Positions 49,168-61,188 of a stretch of DNA of 64,000 nt are shown here, piece after piece. Each line of letters opens with the position of its first letter. The stretch's first letter is position 1. A program made the translations under genes and the position numbers. The notes below the pieces were generated by a model. It saw only the letters and a program-made list of their open reading frames with translations. It was not told the DNA's origin and did no database searches. Source of the DNA: Nostoc sp. DedSLP01 (GTDB lineage Bacteria; Cyanobacteriota; Cyanobacteriia; Cyanobacteriales; Nostocaceae); contig JAVRCJ020000020.1 of assembly GCA_034530875.2 (NCBI GenBank), positions 64,001 through 128,000 of the forward strand, written 5' to 3'.

Positions 49168-49356
49168 TTATGAGTTAGGAGTCATCAGTTATGAGTTATT
49201 AGTTGTACGTTGCAAGTCATCATTCCTAACTATTCACTCCTAACTCCTCACTTCTAAGTAATTACTCTTTACTCCTAAGTTTTGCAACTCAGGACTCGTA
49301 GCAAACTACTCAAAAATTCTTTCTAAACAAGGTTTTATTTAGGTGAGGAATGAACT

Positions 49357-51687
49357 GTGAAACAGCTTCACGGTAATAGTCTTATATTAGGTACTGCTGC
49401 TTTTGTATTCTTGGCAGCTCAACCAGTCTGGGCAGAAATTGCTCAAGTTACTGATGTACAAATAAAGCCAGCCAATGGTGGAGTTGGCGTTGTTTTGAAA
49501 ACTTCTTCCGGGTCGCGCCCCCAAGTTTTCACTACTAAAAGAGGTAAGTCTTTAGTTGCAGACATTATTAATACTCAATTACGATTACCACAAGGGAATA
49601 GTTTTCGTCAAGATAGCCCAGCACCAGGAATTGCTTCAGTAGAGGTTACTCAACTTGATGCTAATAGTGTGCGGGTGACGGTAACTGGTAGTAATAATGC
49701 ACCTGGTAGCGAACCTGTGCTGCGATCGCCAAATGGAATTACACTCAGCTTTAGCCCATCTGCTGGCACAACTGCCGCCTCACCAATTCCAACGACCCCA
49801 ACATCTACAGCGCCCCCTGCTTCTACTCCAGCCCCAGCAGGTCAAAAACCAGATGTTCTAGTTCCCAATCCCCAAGTGACCATTGACGGACAACCAGCAC
49901 AAGCTGCTGGTCCCGGTCAACCTCTGAGTCAGGCTCCACCTTTCTTACCCAGAGCCGTTGCGCCACCAGTAGGAGATATTGCTATTTCTGCTACTGACGC
50001 ATCTCCTAGCACCATTGACTTAGCAACTCAGGAACGCGTACCTCGTTTAGTACTGCGAGATGCCCCAGTGCGTGAAGTTTTATCACTGCTTGCCCGTGCA
50101 GCTGGTTTAAACTTGGCTTATGTCGGAAGCGAGCAAGGTGGTGGAGGTAAGGAAGGTGCCACTGCACAAGCTAGCTCTCAAACAATCTCCTTAGATATAG
50201 AAAACGAGCCAGTGCAAGATGTGTTTAACTACGTTTTGCGCCTGAGTGGTTTAGAAGCTAACCGTAGCGGTCGCACAGTTTTTGTTGGGCCTAAACTACC
50301 TAATGCGACCCGGGACATGGTTATGCGTAGTCTGAGACTCAATCAGGTAACCGTGGGAGTCGCCCTGAACTTTTTGGTTGGCTTGGGGGCAGAAAGTGCC
50401 GTCAGCCGCGAACGACAAGTTACCAGCGTTAATGCTGTACCTGTAGGCGCTGGAGCAGCTCCCATCACCCAAACTCAGACAACCACAGAAACCAGACTGG
50501 AAACTCAACGGGCTGAATTTCAAGACTCTAACCCATTACTCAGAGGTTTACAGGCATTAGGAGACGAGCGCACTAATTCGCTGACTTTGATTGGGCCCCC
50601 CAGGCTAGTTGAGATGGCAATGGCTCAACTAACTCAGCTTGATATCCGTCGTCGTCAGGTGGTAGTCAACGTCAAAATCATCGATGTTAACCTCTTGAAC
50701 ACCCAGGACTACAACACTAGCTTTTCCTTTGGGGTTGGTAACAACTACTTTACTAATGATGGCGGTGCAGCATCTCTGAATTTTGGTGGTTCGAGACCAG
50801 CTACTAGAGCTGAAGCATCAAGTAGTGTGACTGGCACACCAGTCATTCAGAATCCTGTTACAGGAGGAACATTTTTGGTTAACCCTGCGGCCGGTGGTAC
50901 ACCAACAGCTACGGCTGATGTAGGTAATCCGCTACAACCAGGTATTACAGAATTTACTCCAGGAACCCCACCAACAGCTACAAGCGCCGGAACTCCAGAT
51001 CAATATACATTCGCTCTACCAACTTTATTCCAGTTCCCCAAACGTCTGCTTGCTAGTTTGCAGGCTCAAGTTCAAAATGGCAACGCCAAGATTTTGACAG
51101 ACCCGACCTTAATTGTCCAAGAAGGCCAAACTGCTAATGTTAACCTGACTCAGGAAGTAGTAGGCAACATTAAAAGGGAAATCGTTCGTGATGCAAATCT
51201 TGCTACAGAAACGATTTCAGCAGAAAAAGACCGTGTAGGTTTAACCTTAGCGGTCAAAGTTGAACGGATTGACGATAACGGTTTTGTTTCTCTATCAGTA
51301 GCTCCCGTTGTCAAGGCACCCCAAGCTCCAGCTACTATCAATGTTGGGGGTGGTGGTAGTCAACAAATATTCTTAGTGTCTGAACGCTCTCTTAATTCTG
51401 GCTCGATTCGCTTGCGAGATGGTCAAACGCTAATTCTGTCAGGTATTATTCAAGATTCAGACCGGACAACTGTTTCTAAGATTCCTATTTTGGGAGATAT
51501 ACCGCTAATTGGTTCCCTGTTTAGAAGTACAAACAGACAGAACCAACGCAACGAAGTGATTGTATTGCTCACGCCTCAAATCATGGATGACTCTGAGAAC
51601 TCATCCTACGGCTATAACTATACTCCTAGCCCACAAGTGCGGCAAATTCTTGAGCGTCGCGGTTTAAAACTTCCTACTGGGCAATAA
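49357..51687 (+). CDS. pilQ: Type IV pilus secretin PilQ with AMIN domain
   Basis: C-terminal secretin signature DGQTLILSG..KIPILGDIPLIGSLF..EVIVLLTPQI. Confidence 0.93.
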   Translation: MKQLHGNSLILGTAAFVFLAAQPVWAEIAQVTDVQIKPANGGVGVVLKTSSGSRPQVFTTKRGKSLVADIINTQLRLPQGNSFRQDSPAPGIASVEVTQLDANSVRVTVTGSNNAPGSEPVLRSPNGITLSFSPSAGTTAASPIPTTPTSTAPPASTPAPAGQKPDVLVPNPQVTIDGQPAQAAGPGQPLSQAPPFLPRAVAPPVGDIAISATDASPSTIDLATQERVPRLVLRDAPVREVLSLLARAAGLNLAYVGSEQGGGGKEGATAQASSQTISLDIENEPVQDVFNYVLRLSGLEANRSGRTVFVGPKLPNATRDMVMRSLRLNQVTVGVALNFLVGLGAESAVSRERQVTSVNAVPVGAGAAPITQTQTTTETRLETQRAEFQDSNPLLRGLQALGDERTNSLTLIGPPRLVEMAMAQLTQLDIRRRQVVVNVKIIDVNLLNTQDYNTSFSFGVGNNYFTNDGGAASLNFGGSRPATRAEASSSVTGTPVIQNPVTGGTFLVNPAAGGTPTATADVGNPLQPGITEFTPGTPPTATSAGTPDQYTFALPTLFQFPKRLLASLQAQVQNGNAKILTDPTLIVQEGQTANVNLTQEVVGNIKREIVRDANLATETISAEKDRVGLTLAVKVERIDDNGFVSLSVAPVVKAPQAPATINVGGGGSQQIFLVSERSLNSGSIRLRDGQTLILSGIIQDSDRTTVSKIPILGDIPLIGSLFRSTNRQNQRNEVIVLLTPQIMDDSENSSYGYNYTPSPQVRQILERRGLKLPTGQ

Positions 51688-51892
51688 AGTACTGACGAAT
51701 AAAAGATATCCAATAATTATTTTGGGGTAGGTCAGACACCTACCCTATTTACTGGGTGGGCTTTTCGGCTTATTCCACAATTACTAGTAATTTATTTGTT
51801 GGAGTTCTCTAAAAAGAAGCGATCGCACTACACAAAACTAAAGGCGATGGTCTTATATCATACCATTGAGATAGTTAGTAGTTAGTAATTTC

Positions 51893-52157
51893 ATGAGTAT
51901 TCGTCAAGAACTTATAAGTGCGATCGAGCAACTAAATGATGACCAGTTACCAGTACTCCTGGATTTAGCTCTTTCGCTCAAGAGTGAAAAAAAAATCTGT
52001 TAATTTTACTGTTGAATCTCAGGCTTATCGGAATTGGGTAAGTTCTGAAAATGACATTTACGACGAAGTATTTTTCGATCCGCTAAGGCTTTTACCTGAC
52101 TTAAGAATAAATCCTGCCGAAACTCGCAAAATTTTGGAAAATAATAAAATAACTTGA
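51893..52157 (+). pseudogene. Frameshifted antitoxin-like (DUF2281-like) small gene
   Basis: MSIRQELISAIEQLNDDQLPVLLDLALSLKSEKK, then the A9 run (51987-51995); one A fewer continues SVNFTVESQAYRNWVSSENDIYDEVF.. to TGA at 52157. Confidence 0.5.
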
Positions 52158-52201
52158 GTATCACAAGACTCATTTGATTTCCTCATTTTCTCTAAGAAAA
52201 T

Positions 52202-55200
52202 ATGACTCATCCTTTCCTTGAACGCCTGCGTAGTCCAGATAGTCCAGTCCTCGTTTTCGATGGGGCAATGGGAACTAACCTGCAAACGCAAAACCTCACA
52301 GCAGAAGACTTTGGCGGCCCACAATATGAAGGCTGTAACGAATACCTAGTCCACAGTAAGCCGGAAGCTGTAGCTAAAGTTCACCGTGACTTTCTCGCCG
52401 CTGGTGCTGATGTCATTGAAACGGATACCTTTGGCAGTACTTCCATTGTGCTGGCAGAATATGACTTGGCTGACAAGGCTTACTATCTCAGCAAAACAGC
52501 CGCAGAACTCGCTAAGCGTGTCGCTGCGGAATTTTCCACTCCGGAAAAACCCCGGTTTGTAGCTGGTTCCATTGGCCCGACAACCAAACTACCTACCTTG
52601 GGGCACATTGACTTTGACACCATGAAAGCTGCTTTTGCCGAACAAGCCGAAGCATTGTGGGATGGTGGCGTGGATCTATTTATTGTGGAAACCTGCCAAG
52701 ATGTGTTGCAAATCAAAGCTGCGCTGAATGGCATTGAAGAGGTTTTTGCTAAAAAGGGCGATCGCCGTCCGTTGATGGTGTCTGTGACAATGGAAAGCAT
52801 GGGCACAATGTTGGTGGGTTCAGAAATTAATGCTGTGCTGACAATTTTGGAACCGTACCCAATAGACATTCTCGGTCTCAACTGCGCCACAGGCCCCGAC
52901 TTGATGAAACCACATATCAAGTATCTGGCAGAACATTCACCTTTCATCGTTTCCTGTATTCCCAACGCGGGTTTACCTGAGAACGTCGGCGGTCAAGCAC
53001 ACTACCGTCTGACTCCAATGGAATTACGGATGTCGCTGATGCATTTTGTTGAAGATTTGGGTGTCCAAGTGATAGGGGGTTGCTGTGGGACGCGTCCAGA
53101 ACACATTCAACAATTGGCAGAAATGACCAAAGACTTGAAACCAAAAGTTAGACAACCGAGTTTAGAGCCAGCAGCAGCATCAATTTATACTACTCAGCCT
53201 TATGACCAAGATAATTCCTTCTTAATTATCGGCGAACGTCTCAATGCCAGCGGTTCTAAGAAGTGCCGCGATTTACTAAATGCCGAAGATTGGGATGGAC
53301 TCGTCTCCATGGCCAGGGCGCAAGTCAAAGAAGGCGCACACATCCTGGATGTCAACGTCGATTATGTGGGACGTGACGGCGTGCGGGATATGCACGAATT
53401 AGTTTCACGGCTTGTAAATAATGTCACATTACCTTTAATGCTCGACTCCACCGAATGGGAAAAGATGGAGGCGGGTTTAAAGGTTGCCGGCGGTAAATGT
53501 TTGCTCAACTCCACAAACTATGAAGACGGCGAACCGCGCTTTTTGAAAGTGCTGGAATTGGCGAAAAAGTACGGCGCTGGTGTAGTAATTGGTACTATCG
53601 ACGAAGAAGGAATGGCGCGGACAGCCGAGAAAAAGTTTCAAATTGCCCAACGCGCTTATCGTCAAGCTTTGGAATACGGCATACCTGCCACAGAGATATT
53701 TTTTGATACCTTGGCTTTACCAATTTCCACGGGGATTGAAGAAGACCGAGAAAACGGCAAAGCTACCATTGAGGCCATTCGGCGCATTCGCCACGAATTG
53801 CCTGGATGTCATGTAGTTTTGGGTGTTTCTAATATTTCCTTTGGTTTAAATCCCGCAGCGCGGATAGTGCTGAACTCTGTGTTTTTGCACGAGGCGATGA
53901 CAGTGGGAATGGATGCAGCAATTGTTAGTGCCAGCAAGATTTTACCGCTGTCCAAGATTGAAGAACGGCATCAAGAAATCTGTCGTCAATTAATTTACGA
54001 CCAACGGAAATTTGAGGGTGATGTTTGCGTTTACGACCCCTTGGGAGAGCTTACCACAGTCTTTGCAGGAGTAACCACAAAACGCGATCGCTCCCTAGAT
54101 CAAAATCTTCCCATCGAAGAACGCCTCAAACGTCATATCATCGATGGGGAACGCATTGGCTTAGAAGAAAACCTCAAAAAAGCTCTAGAACAATATCCAC
54201 CCTTAGAAATTATCAACACCTTCTTGCTAGATGGCATGAAAGTTGTCGGGGAATTATTCGGTTCTGGACAAATGCAACTACCCTTCGTGTTACAGTCTGC
54301 CGAAACCATGAAAGCGGCCGTGGCATATTTAGAGCCGTTCATGGAAAAATCAGAATCAGGCAACAATGCCAAGGGAACATTTATCATTGCCACAGTCAAA
54401 GGCGATGTCCACGATATTGGTAAAAATTTGGTGGATATCATCTTATCCAACAACGGCTACAAAGTAATTAACCTGGGAATTAAACAGCCAGTAGAAAACA
54501 TTATTCAGGCTTACGAACAGCACAAAGCTGATTGTGTTGCCATGAGTGGCTTGCTAGTGAAATCCACTGCTTTCATGAAAGAGAACTTGGAGGTATTTAA
54601 CGAAAAGGGAATTACCGTACCTGTGATTTTAGGCGGTGCGGCTTTGACTCCTAAATTTGTCCATGAAGATTGCCAAAATACCTATAAAGGTAAAGTAGTT
54701 TATGGCAAAGATGCCTTTTCTGACTTGCACTTCATGGATAAACTAATGCCAGCTAAGACCACTGGTAACTGGGATGATTTGCAGGGATTTTTGAACGAAG
54801 TTGAAACAGCTGAAGTTTCGACCAATGGTCATAAAGAATCACTAGCTACAACTACTCAAAAAACACAATATACAGAACTAAAAGAGATAGATACTCGACG
54901 TTCTGAAGCAGTAGCCATAGATATTGAACGTCCCACACCACCTTTCTGGGGAACGCAATTATTACAGCCTAATGATATTGCGATCGAAGAAATATTCTGG
55001 CACTTGGATTTACAGGCGTTAATAGCTGGACAATGGCAATTCCGCAAGCCAAAAGAACAATCTAAAGAAGAATATCAAGCTTTTTTAGATGAAAAAGTCT
55101 ACCCAGTTTTAGAAACTTGGAAACAGCGGATTATTGAAGAAAATCTCTTACATCCGCAAGTGATTTATGGGTATTTCCCTTGTCAAGCTGAGGGAAATTC

Positions 55201-55732
55201 TTTACACATATATAACTCAGAGAACCAATCGCAGCAGGTTGCAACTTTCGAGTTTCCTAGACAAAAGTCATTAAGGCGGCTGTGCATAGCAGATTTCTTT
55301 GCACCGAAAGAGTCAGGAATTATTGATGTCTTTCCCATGCAGGCGGTGACTGTGGGTGAAATTGCAGCAGAATTTGCCCAAAAACTGTTTGCTGATAATC
55401 AATACACTGATTACCTGTATTTCCACGGTATGGCTGTCCAGATGGCAGAGGCATTAGCAGAGTGGACGCACGCCAGAATTCGCCGTGAATTAGGCTTTGG
55501 TGCTGAGGAACCAGATAATATTCGGGATATGTTGGCACAACGTTATCGTGGTTCGCGGTATAGTTTTGGCTATCCTGCTTGTCCGAATATTCAAGACCAG
55601 TACAAGCAACTCGAGTTATTGCAGACTGACAGAATTAACTTGTATATGGATGAAAGCGAACAACTTTATCCAGAACAGTCTACAACGGCGATTATTACCT
55701 ACCACCCAGTAGCCAAGTACTTCAGCGCCTAA
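52202..55732 (+). CDS. metH: Cobalamin-dependent methionine synthase
   Basis: FDGAMGT, GLNC, GGCCGT, IGERLN and the GDVHDIG B12-binding motif. Confidence 0.98.
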   Translation: MTHPFLERLRSPDSPVLVFDGAMGTNLQTQNLTAEDFGGPQYEGCNEYLVHSKPEAVAKVHRDFLAAGADVIETDTFGSTSIVLAEYDLADKAYYLSKTAAELAKRVAAEFSTPEKPRFVAGSIGPTTKLPTLGHIDFDTMKAAFAEQAEALWDGGVDLFIVETCQDVLQIKAALNGIEEVFAKKGDRRPLMVSVTMESMGTMLVGSEINAVLTILEPYPIDILGLNCATGPDLMKPHIKYLAEHSPFIVSCIPNAGLPENVGGQAHYRLTPMELRMSLMHFVEDLGVQVIGGCCGTRPEHIQQLAEMTKDLKPKVRQPSLEPAAASIYTTQPYDQDNSFLIIGERLNASGSKKCRDLLNAEDWDGLVSMARAQVKEGAHILDVNVDYVGRDGVRDMHELVSRLVNNVTLPLMLDSTEWEKMEAGLKVAGGKCLLNSTNYEDGEPRFLKVLELAKKYGAGVVIGTIDEEGMARTAEKKFQIAQRAYRQALEYGIPATEIFFDTLALPISTGIEEDRENGKATIEAIRRIRHELPGCHVVLGVSNISFGLNPAARIVLNSVFLHEAMTVGMDAAIVSASKILPLSKIEERHQEICRQLIYDQRKFEGDVCVYDPLGELTTVFAGVTTKRDRSLDQNLPIEERLKRHIIDGERIGLEENLKKALEQYPPLEIINTFLLDGMKVVGELFGSGQMQLPFVLQSAETMKAAVAYLEPFMEKSESGNNAKGTFIIATVKGDVHDIGKNLVDIILSNNGYKVINLGIKQPVENIIQAYEQHKADCVAMSGLLVKSTAFMKENLEVFNEKGITVPVILGGAALTPKFVHEDCQNTYKGKVVYGKDAFSDLHFMDKLMPAKTTGNWDDLQGFLNEVETAEVSTNGHKESLATTTQKTQYTELKEIDTRRSEAVAIDIERPTPPFWGTQLLQPNDIAIEEIFWHLDLQALIAGQWQFRKPKEQSKEEYQAFLDEKVYPVLETWKQRIIEENLLHPQVIYGYFPCQAEGNSLHIYNSENQSQQVATFEFPRQKSLRRLCIADFFAPKESGIIDVFPMQAVTVGEIAAEFAQKLFADNQYTDYLYFHGMAVQMAEALAEWTHARIRRELGFGAEEPDNIRDMLAQRYRGSRYSFGYPACPNIQDQYKQLELLQTDRINLYMDESEQLYPEQSTTAIITYHPVAKYFSA

Positions 55733-55774
55733 AACTGCATACTCCTTCCAGCTTGTAAAAATTATAGGTTTTTC

Positions 55775-55806
55775 GTAGGGGCGCACAGCTAGCTGTGCGC
55801 CCCTAC
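55775..55806. repeat. Perfect 32-bp GTAG-type REP palindrome
   Basis: gtaggggcgcacagct|agctgtgcgcccctac. Confidence 0.85.
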
Positions 55807-56305
55807 TATTGTTAATTAGTAATCAAATATAGCGATCGCAGCATAGTTTAAGGAATAACCTTTCACGAAACCCAATACCAATGAGCTTTCAACTCTATTG
55901 CTTTCTCCCTGTTCCTGACTATTTTCTACCAACTGATATCCTTTCTTTAAAAAATGGGTATTATAAGCTTGTTTTTATCAAACCATCTTTATAAATTTGC
56001 CTTCCAAATAAAATACATTTCCGCAAATTTACTGTCAAGTTATGCCTTGATTCTTCGTTGGAGTTGATTTAAATAACTCTGAAAAATCAGTATTTTCCGG
56101 TTAAAATGAACAATTTATAAATGATATAACTTTAATAAATTGTTCATCTTTGTTTCCACTTTATTTACAAATTAGTAAAACAAAATGCCAAAATTGCCCG
56201 AAATATATTTTCATTATTCTCCTTGAAAATTCATTGTCAGGTAGAACGCTCAATTTTGATAAAAAATCTCAAATCTGCAACAAATAACTTGACAGGAAAG
56301 TAGCT

Positions 56306-59300
56306 ATGTCTGGAAAAAATAAGCTAGTCAAGGCAATTCAAAAAAACTTCAAAATAATTGGCAAGAAGTTTTTATCTGCGCTTAACAAGCGAATTATTTG
56401 GCTATTAAGGACTATTTTTCTTAGTCCAAGAAGACCCACTTCCCAGAATGCGGGCTTTGTGCTGCCAACAGTGGCAATGGTAACTTTGGTAGTCGTACTA
56501 TTAACAACTGCAATTCTGTTTAGATCTTTTGAACGAGCGAAAAACGCTAGTAATATTCGGGTGAATGAAGCTGTGCTGAATGCGGCTACACCAGCGCTTG
56601 ATAGAGCTAGAGCTAAATTAGATGCATTACTAGAAGACCCAACACTACCACGAGGAACTCCCTCCGATAACGCTTTATATGATGCTCTGAAAAAAGACAA
56701 ATACAAGCTTGGTGATGAAACTCGGCTAAAGTTAGCCTATGACATTAACGGTAATAATACCATTGACACTAGTAGCGATTTAGAGAGTGATGAAACGCTA
56801 AAAAGTGCTTGGAAATTTGCAGTTGATACAGATAATAACGGCAAAAAAGACACCTTTACTCTTTATGGGATCTTCTTTCGCTCGCCCACTAGAGATTCTA
56901 CTACAGGAAGCTTTAATCGTGAAAGAAAACCTCTAGACGCTAGAACACCACCAATGGATAGTAACGCGAACCAGCAGTGTGGTAGTGCAACTGGTTTTGC
57001 TAGCTTAGTTGGTAACTCGAGTTGGTACAGATTAAATAGCGGGAATCTGGGTAAAAGCTTCTTTGTTTATACCGTTAACGTGCCTATTACTCAACTTGGC
57101 AGTTTAAGTAATACAGAGTACGAAACCTTTCAAGGAAACAAAAGTGTTGTAGCATTAGAGTTTCAACAAGACCGGACTCGTATTCCTCTAGCAAATAACG
57201 CCGTTTGGTTTGAGAATGACCTAGAAGTTATTGTTGGGAGTACCACTTTATTATTAAACGGAAGGCTTCACACTAATGGCAACTTGCTGGCAGGGGTTAT
57301 AGGTAGTGGCGGTAACATCACTTTCCGGCAAGTTAGCAGTAAAACATCCTGTTTCTACAATATGGAAAACGGGCAGATCACTGTTGGAGGAAATGTCGGA
57401 AATGGTAGCCTTTCTCAAAATAATACTGGTACAAGTGTAAACGTTGACCTTTTTCAAGGTTTTGGGAACGGTATCTCAACTGGTACGATTAACGACACCA
57501 ACAAATCTACAGGTTCTACTGGTGGTGGCAGTATCGGATTCAATGATGCAGCATTCAATCAACGCATTAATGCGATGAAGACTACTGCTATTGGTTTATG
57601 TACAGATTGTAATAGCGCAACTACTGGTAGCGAGCTCAAAACAGCTGTTGCAGCAAGTAGTTACCCAACCGATGTAAAAACCAATGTCTCAAACAAAGTA
57701 CTAGCGACTGATGATGCTACCACAGCCAAAAATATCCTCTACGACGAAATAGAAATTTATCTGAGAAATCGCACCCGTCGAGTACCCTTTGCAGAAGTTA
57801 CAGACGCCACTGGATCGGGTGCAACAACTGGTTATGGTAGCAGTATCACAGCAATTACTGCCAGTTTAGATCCTCCAGCGGTTTGGAGAGAACCACTAAA
57901 CTCCAGTAACCAGTTCACTGGTGCAACAAGTATCACTGTAAATACATCTCAGCTACAAGCTACACAGCCAAATTTACAAAAGAAACAAGGCACTCAAACT
58001 TACTTAGGCGATCGCGTTTTTGTAGGTAATAACTTACCTGCTCTATGGCTGAATGGTACACAATATGTTGGTTCCGATGCTCAACAATCAATTATGAGCA
58101 GTGGTAGTGCGGTTAACTGGACTGCAAGTGGTTCTGAACCACCAGCAAGATGGCGTAGCACTCAAATACAAGCAGTTGCTGACTTAGGTCTATCTGACCG
58201 AAATGGCTTTTGGGAAGAAAATGCGACGAAAAACCCCGTAAACGATCTAGACAATGTAGGTGGTGTGCGGATTGTTACTGGGGCAGGTATTTATGTAGAC
58301 GGTACTGGTACTTCCAATACAGCATCCGGATCTACCGGGCCATTTTACGGTCGTGATGATTACTCTTTTCTACCAACTCCAACCTCGGCATCCGGTGTAA
58401 CTCTAGGTACTGATGACATACTAGTTTGGCCTGACACTATGCCAATGACAAAGCCTGGAGATACTACTCGCCAAGGCGATCTACTAATGCGAGCCACGGC
58501 TGTTTATCACTACAAAATAGACTATGGCGTTGACCAAGAACCGATTTCTTGTGTAAGTAGCTACTACGATCCCTCAGATGAAAATACAGCTAAAAACAAA
58601 ATTAATAAAGATGGTGGATATGGTGTAGATACCACCAACGGTCGGTCAAACAATGGTGTTGTTTACAATTACCCGACAGCTGGAAGAAGCACATTTTATA
58701 ACACCTACAAAGATCGTTTGCAACGACAAGCTAACTTAAAATTCCCCAATGGGCGTTGGGCTAACAAACCATTACGAGATGCGATCGCCAACCTGAAGAC
58801 TACTAATAGTGGTACTCTACCCAGTGCAGTACCCAGTAGTGGTTTGCAGCTAGCTGATTATTCGGCGATTGACACAGCGCTTTGTGCTATTTCAATTTTG
58901 AGTAGTCCAACTAGCTTCGTTGCTACTCCTAGTAGCCAACCCGCTCATGGTGCAATCAGAGAAGCCAGTTTTCTCGATGGTAGGGAAGTAAAACAGATTA
59001 GTACGCCAGCCTCACCCACCACATACAACTTTGATATAGAACAGCGTCAACCTTTAGAAATTAGAACTACAGACATTGACTTAGGTTCTCTCGCTACTAC
59101 AGTAATCAGTCCTGCCAGTGGTACTAGCGACTATTTGTTACCTTACAGTGGCATTATTTACGCTTCTAGGGATGATGGCTTGCGCGATGCTAGCGAGACA
59201 TACACTGAAACTGATGTAAGTAGCATATCTAGATCGGAGTTACTCAGCCCAACTGATTTTAAGCTTGATGCCACTCGTCGCCCCAACAGCATCCGCCTGA

Positions 59301-61171
59301 TTAATGGAGGAACTTTAGCAAGAGCTGGTACTAATACTTACAATGCTAAAGAAAAAGGTCTAATTTTAGTAACAAACTTGCCCGCCTATATCAAAGGCAA
59401 CTTCAACTTGCACCGCACAAGCACAAGTAGCACTACAGAAATAGAGGAATTTACACAGACTGAGCCAACTACTAACTTCTACGATCGCAGCACTCGCGAA
59501 AATAGGTTTGCTTGTCGTCCAGGAAGAACAGGCTGTCCTGATGCTACTACTGGAGGTGACTTTTGGAGACCAGCCACCATCATTGCCGATTCAATGACCT
59601 TACTTTCTAACAGTTTCGTAGATGGTGTGCGTAGATTCGGTGACTACGACCTAAACAATAACACTGGCATTCTTGTAGAAGATAACTTTAATCCTGCAAG
59701 CGTGACTAGTTCTAGCTTAGATAGTACTAGGCTAAAACGTCTGAAAAATGGCTTTTGGGAAAACAATTTTGTTACTAGTTCATATTGGACAGATAACGGT
59801 CAGCCCAGAACAGCAGCTATTGGTTCTTACTTAACAAATGGAATTACACCAATTCAGCGCCGGGTTAGTACTGGTAGTCCTAATGTCCCTCTATATATCA
59901 TGGAAATTTGCCGTAAGCTACCAGTTTCAGAGTGTGGTGCTGGAGATTGGTATGTTGGATTTGACAGCAATGGCGATGGGACTCTAACTGCTGCTGAAAG
60001 AAACATTAAGACATATCAATTAGGACAAGCCATAGCTGCTGCTGCTACTAGTGCTGGTGCTGATGTTACAACTCTTCTCTCTAATTGGGATACCCAATTC
60101 ACAACTACTGGTAATAGTAAAAGCATTAGAGAGCGACTTGGGGCTGGCGATACAAGCAGTAAACTGGCTCTGCAAGGAGCGCTAGATAAAGATCGGCGTT
60201 ATCCCCGCCGGGTTGCCTTTGCTCGTGATGACAGCAACAACCTGATTGCAACTGCTACTGGTGTTTATAAGCCAATGGGCATAGGTTGTGCCCTCGATAC
60301 TACTGGTAGTACATATACTGGTAATGGATGTACGTTTCCTAATGTTGGACAATCCATCGCCAATGTTCGAGGTCTATGGTTTAGAACAACCACTAGCACA
60401 ACCAATCCCGCGGCGGGAGCAACAGCAACGTATGCAAACGATAAACCACTCTTCTATTACCCCCCTATAGATGGTTCTGATGCTGATAGCGACCCCGATT
60501 TAGATGGTCAACCGCTTCTAGTGCCAGTGTTACAGATTCATGATTCAGACCAAGATCCACCCAACTTGAGAAACGAAGGAGGAACCCAAAGTGGTTTTAG
60601 GGATGTATGGATACAACAAGTACCCGCATCTACTACTGTATATAATGCAACTTTTGTATTAGGAAATAGCCCTGGCAGGCCAGATGAAACTTCCTCAGGT
60701 TTGCAAAACTTTGTGCGCTTTGCAGAAAACTGGAATGGTACTGATAGAATCGCTAAAATCAGTGGAAGCTTTATTCAATTGAAACGCAGTGCCTTTGGAA
60801 CAGGGCCGCTTTCACCCCTTTTCAGATCCAACAATAATTCTGGTAATAGCGTTGATGTCAGTCTTTTTGGCTACGTACTAGATACTTACCCGACTCCTAA
60901 CGAATCAGGTTTGTTACCTTTCTACTCGCCACCAACTAGAAAATGGGGGTTTGATGTCGGCTTGTTGTCAGAGCAACCAGACTTGTTTGCTCAAAGGTTT
61001 ACCGCACCCCCAACGGGTCGTCCAAATGAGTTCTTTAGGGAAGTTGGACGGGATGATAACTGGGTGAAAACATTGCTGTGTGCTGGTCAAATCTCATCAG
61101 GATCGACTTATACAAATGCCGTTTCTAGTGAATATCGCCCCAGTAGTTGTCCATCAATACCAAATGATTAG
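56306..61171 (+). CDS. hpsA: Hormogonium polysaccharide protein HpsA (very large PilX-like prepilin protein)
   Basis: AG|FVLPTVAMVTLVVVLL prepilin-like site, NFVRFAENW, PPTRKWGFDVGLL and PNEFFREVGRDDNWV; followed by three minor pilins. Confidence 0.85.
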   Translation: MSGKNKLVKAIQKNFKIIGKKFLSALNKRIIWLLRTIFLSPRRPTSQNAGFVLPTVAMVTLVVVLLTTAILFRSFERAKNASNIRVNEAVLNAATPALDRARAKLDALLEDPTLPRGTPSDNALYDALKKDKYKLGDETRLKLAYDINGNNTIDTSSDLESDETLKSAWKFAVDTDNNGKKDTFTLYGIFFRSPTRDSTTGSFNRERKPLDARTPPMDSNANQQCGSATGFASLVGNSSWYRLNSGNLGKSFFVYTVNVPITQLGSLSNTEYETFQGNKSVVALEFQQDRTRIPLANNAVWFENDLEVIVGSTTLLLNGRLHTNGNLLAGVIGSGGNITFRQVSSKTSCFYNMENGQITVGGNVGNGSLSQNNTGTSVNVDLFQGFGNGISTGTINDTNKSTGSTGGGSIGFNDAAFNQRINAMKTTAIGLCTDCNSATTGSELKTAVAASSYPTDVKTNVSNKVLATDDATTAKNILYDEIEIYLRNRTRRVPFAEVTDATGSGATTGYGSSITAITASLDPPAVWREPLNSSNQFTGATSITVNTSQLQATQPNLQKKQGTQTYLGDRVFVGNNLPALWLNGTQYVGSDAQQSIMSSGSAVNWTASGSEPPARWRSTQIQAVADLGLSDRNGFWEENATKNPVNDLDNVGGVRIVTGAGIYVDGTGTSNTASGSTGPFYGRDDYSFLPTPTSASGVTLGTDDILVWPDTMPMTKPGDTTRQGDLLMRATAVYHYKIDYGVDQEPISCVSSYYDPSDENTAKNKINKDGGYGVDTTNGRSNNGVVYNYPTAGRSTFYNTYKDRLQRQANLKFPNGRWANKPLRDAIANLKTTNSGTLPSAVPSSGLQLADYSAIDTALCAISILSSPTSFVATPSSQPAHGAIREASFLDGREVKQISTPASPTTYNFDIEQRQPLEIRTTDIDLGSLATTVISPASGTSDYLLPYSGIIYASRDDGLRDASETYTETDVSSISRSELLSPTDFKLDATRRPNSIRLINGGTLARAGTNTYNAKEKGLILVTNLPAYIKGNFNLHRTSTSSTTEIEEFTQTEPTTNFYDRSTRENRFACRPGRTGCPDATTGGDFWRPATIIADSMTLLSNSFVDGVRRFGDYDLNNNTGILVEDNFNPASVTSSSLDSTRLKRLKNGFWENNFVTSSYWTDNGQPRTAAIGSYLTNGITPIQRRVSTGSPNVPLYIMEICRKLPVSECGAGDWYVGFDSNGDGTLTAAERNIKTYQLGQAIAAAATSAGADVTTLLSNWDTQFTTTGNSKSIRERLGAGDTSSKLALQGALDKDRRYPRRVAFARDDSNNLIATATGVYKPMGIGCALDTTGSTYTGNGCTFPNVGQSIANVRGLWFRTTTSTTNPAAGATATYANDKPLFYYPPIDGSDADSDPDLDGQPLLVPVLQIHDSDQDPPNLRNEGGTQSGFRDVWIQQVPASTTVYNATFVLGNSPGRPDETSSGLQNFVRFAENWNGTDRIAKISGSFIQLKRSAFGTGPLSPLFRSNNNSGNSVDVSLFGYVLDTYPTPNESGLLPFYSPPTRKWGFDVGLLSEQPDLFAQRFTAPPTGRPNEFFREVGRDDNWVKTLLCAGQISSGSTYTNAVSSEYRPSSCPSIPND

Positions 61172-61188
61172 AAATTGGTTAAATCGCC

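Noticed and set aside
49167..49357. No pilP between pilO and pilQ
   Set aside because: Cyanobacterial clusters are normally pilMNOQ; the gap is STRR DNA
51690..52201. Cobalamin riboswitch upstream of metH
   Set aside because: No B12-box or GGGAA core recognised; the region is explained by a palindromic repeat and the frameshifted small gene
55950..55970. SigJ/SigF-like motif GGGTATTAT upstream of hpsA (and AGGAACACT upstream of TIGR02652)
   Set aside because: Short imperfect matches that cannot be supported without TSS data
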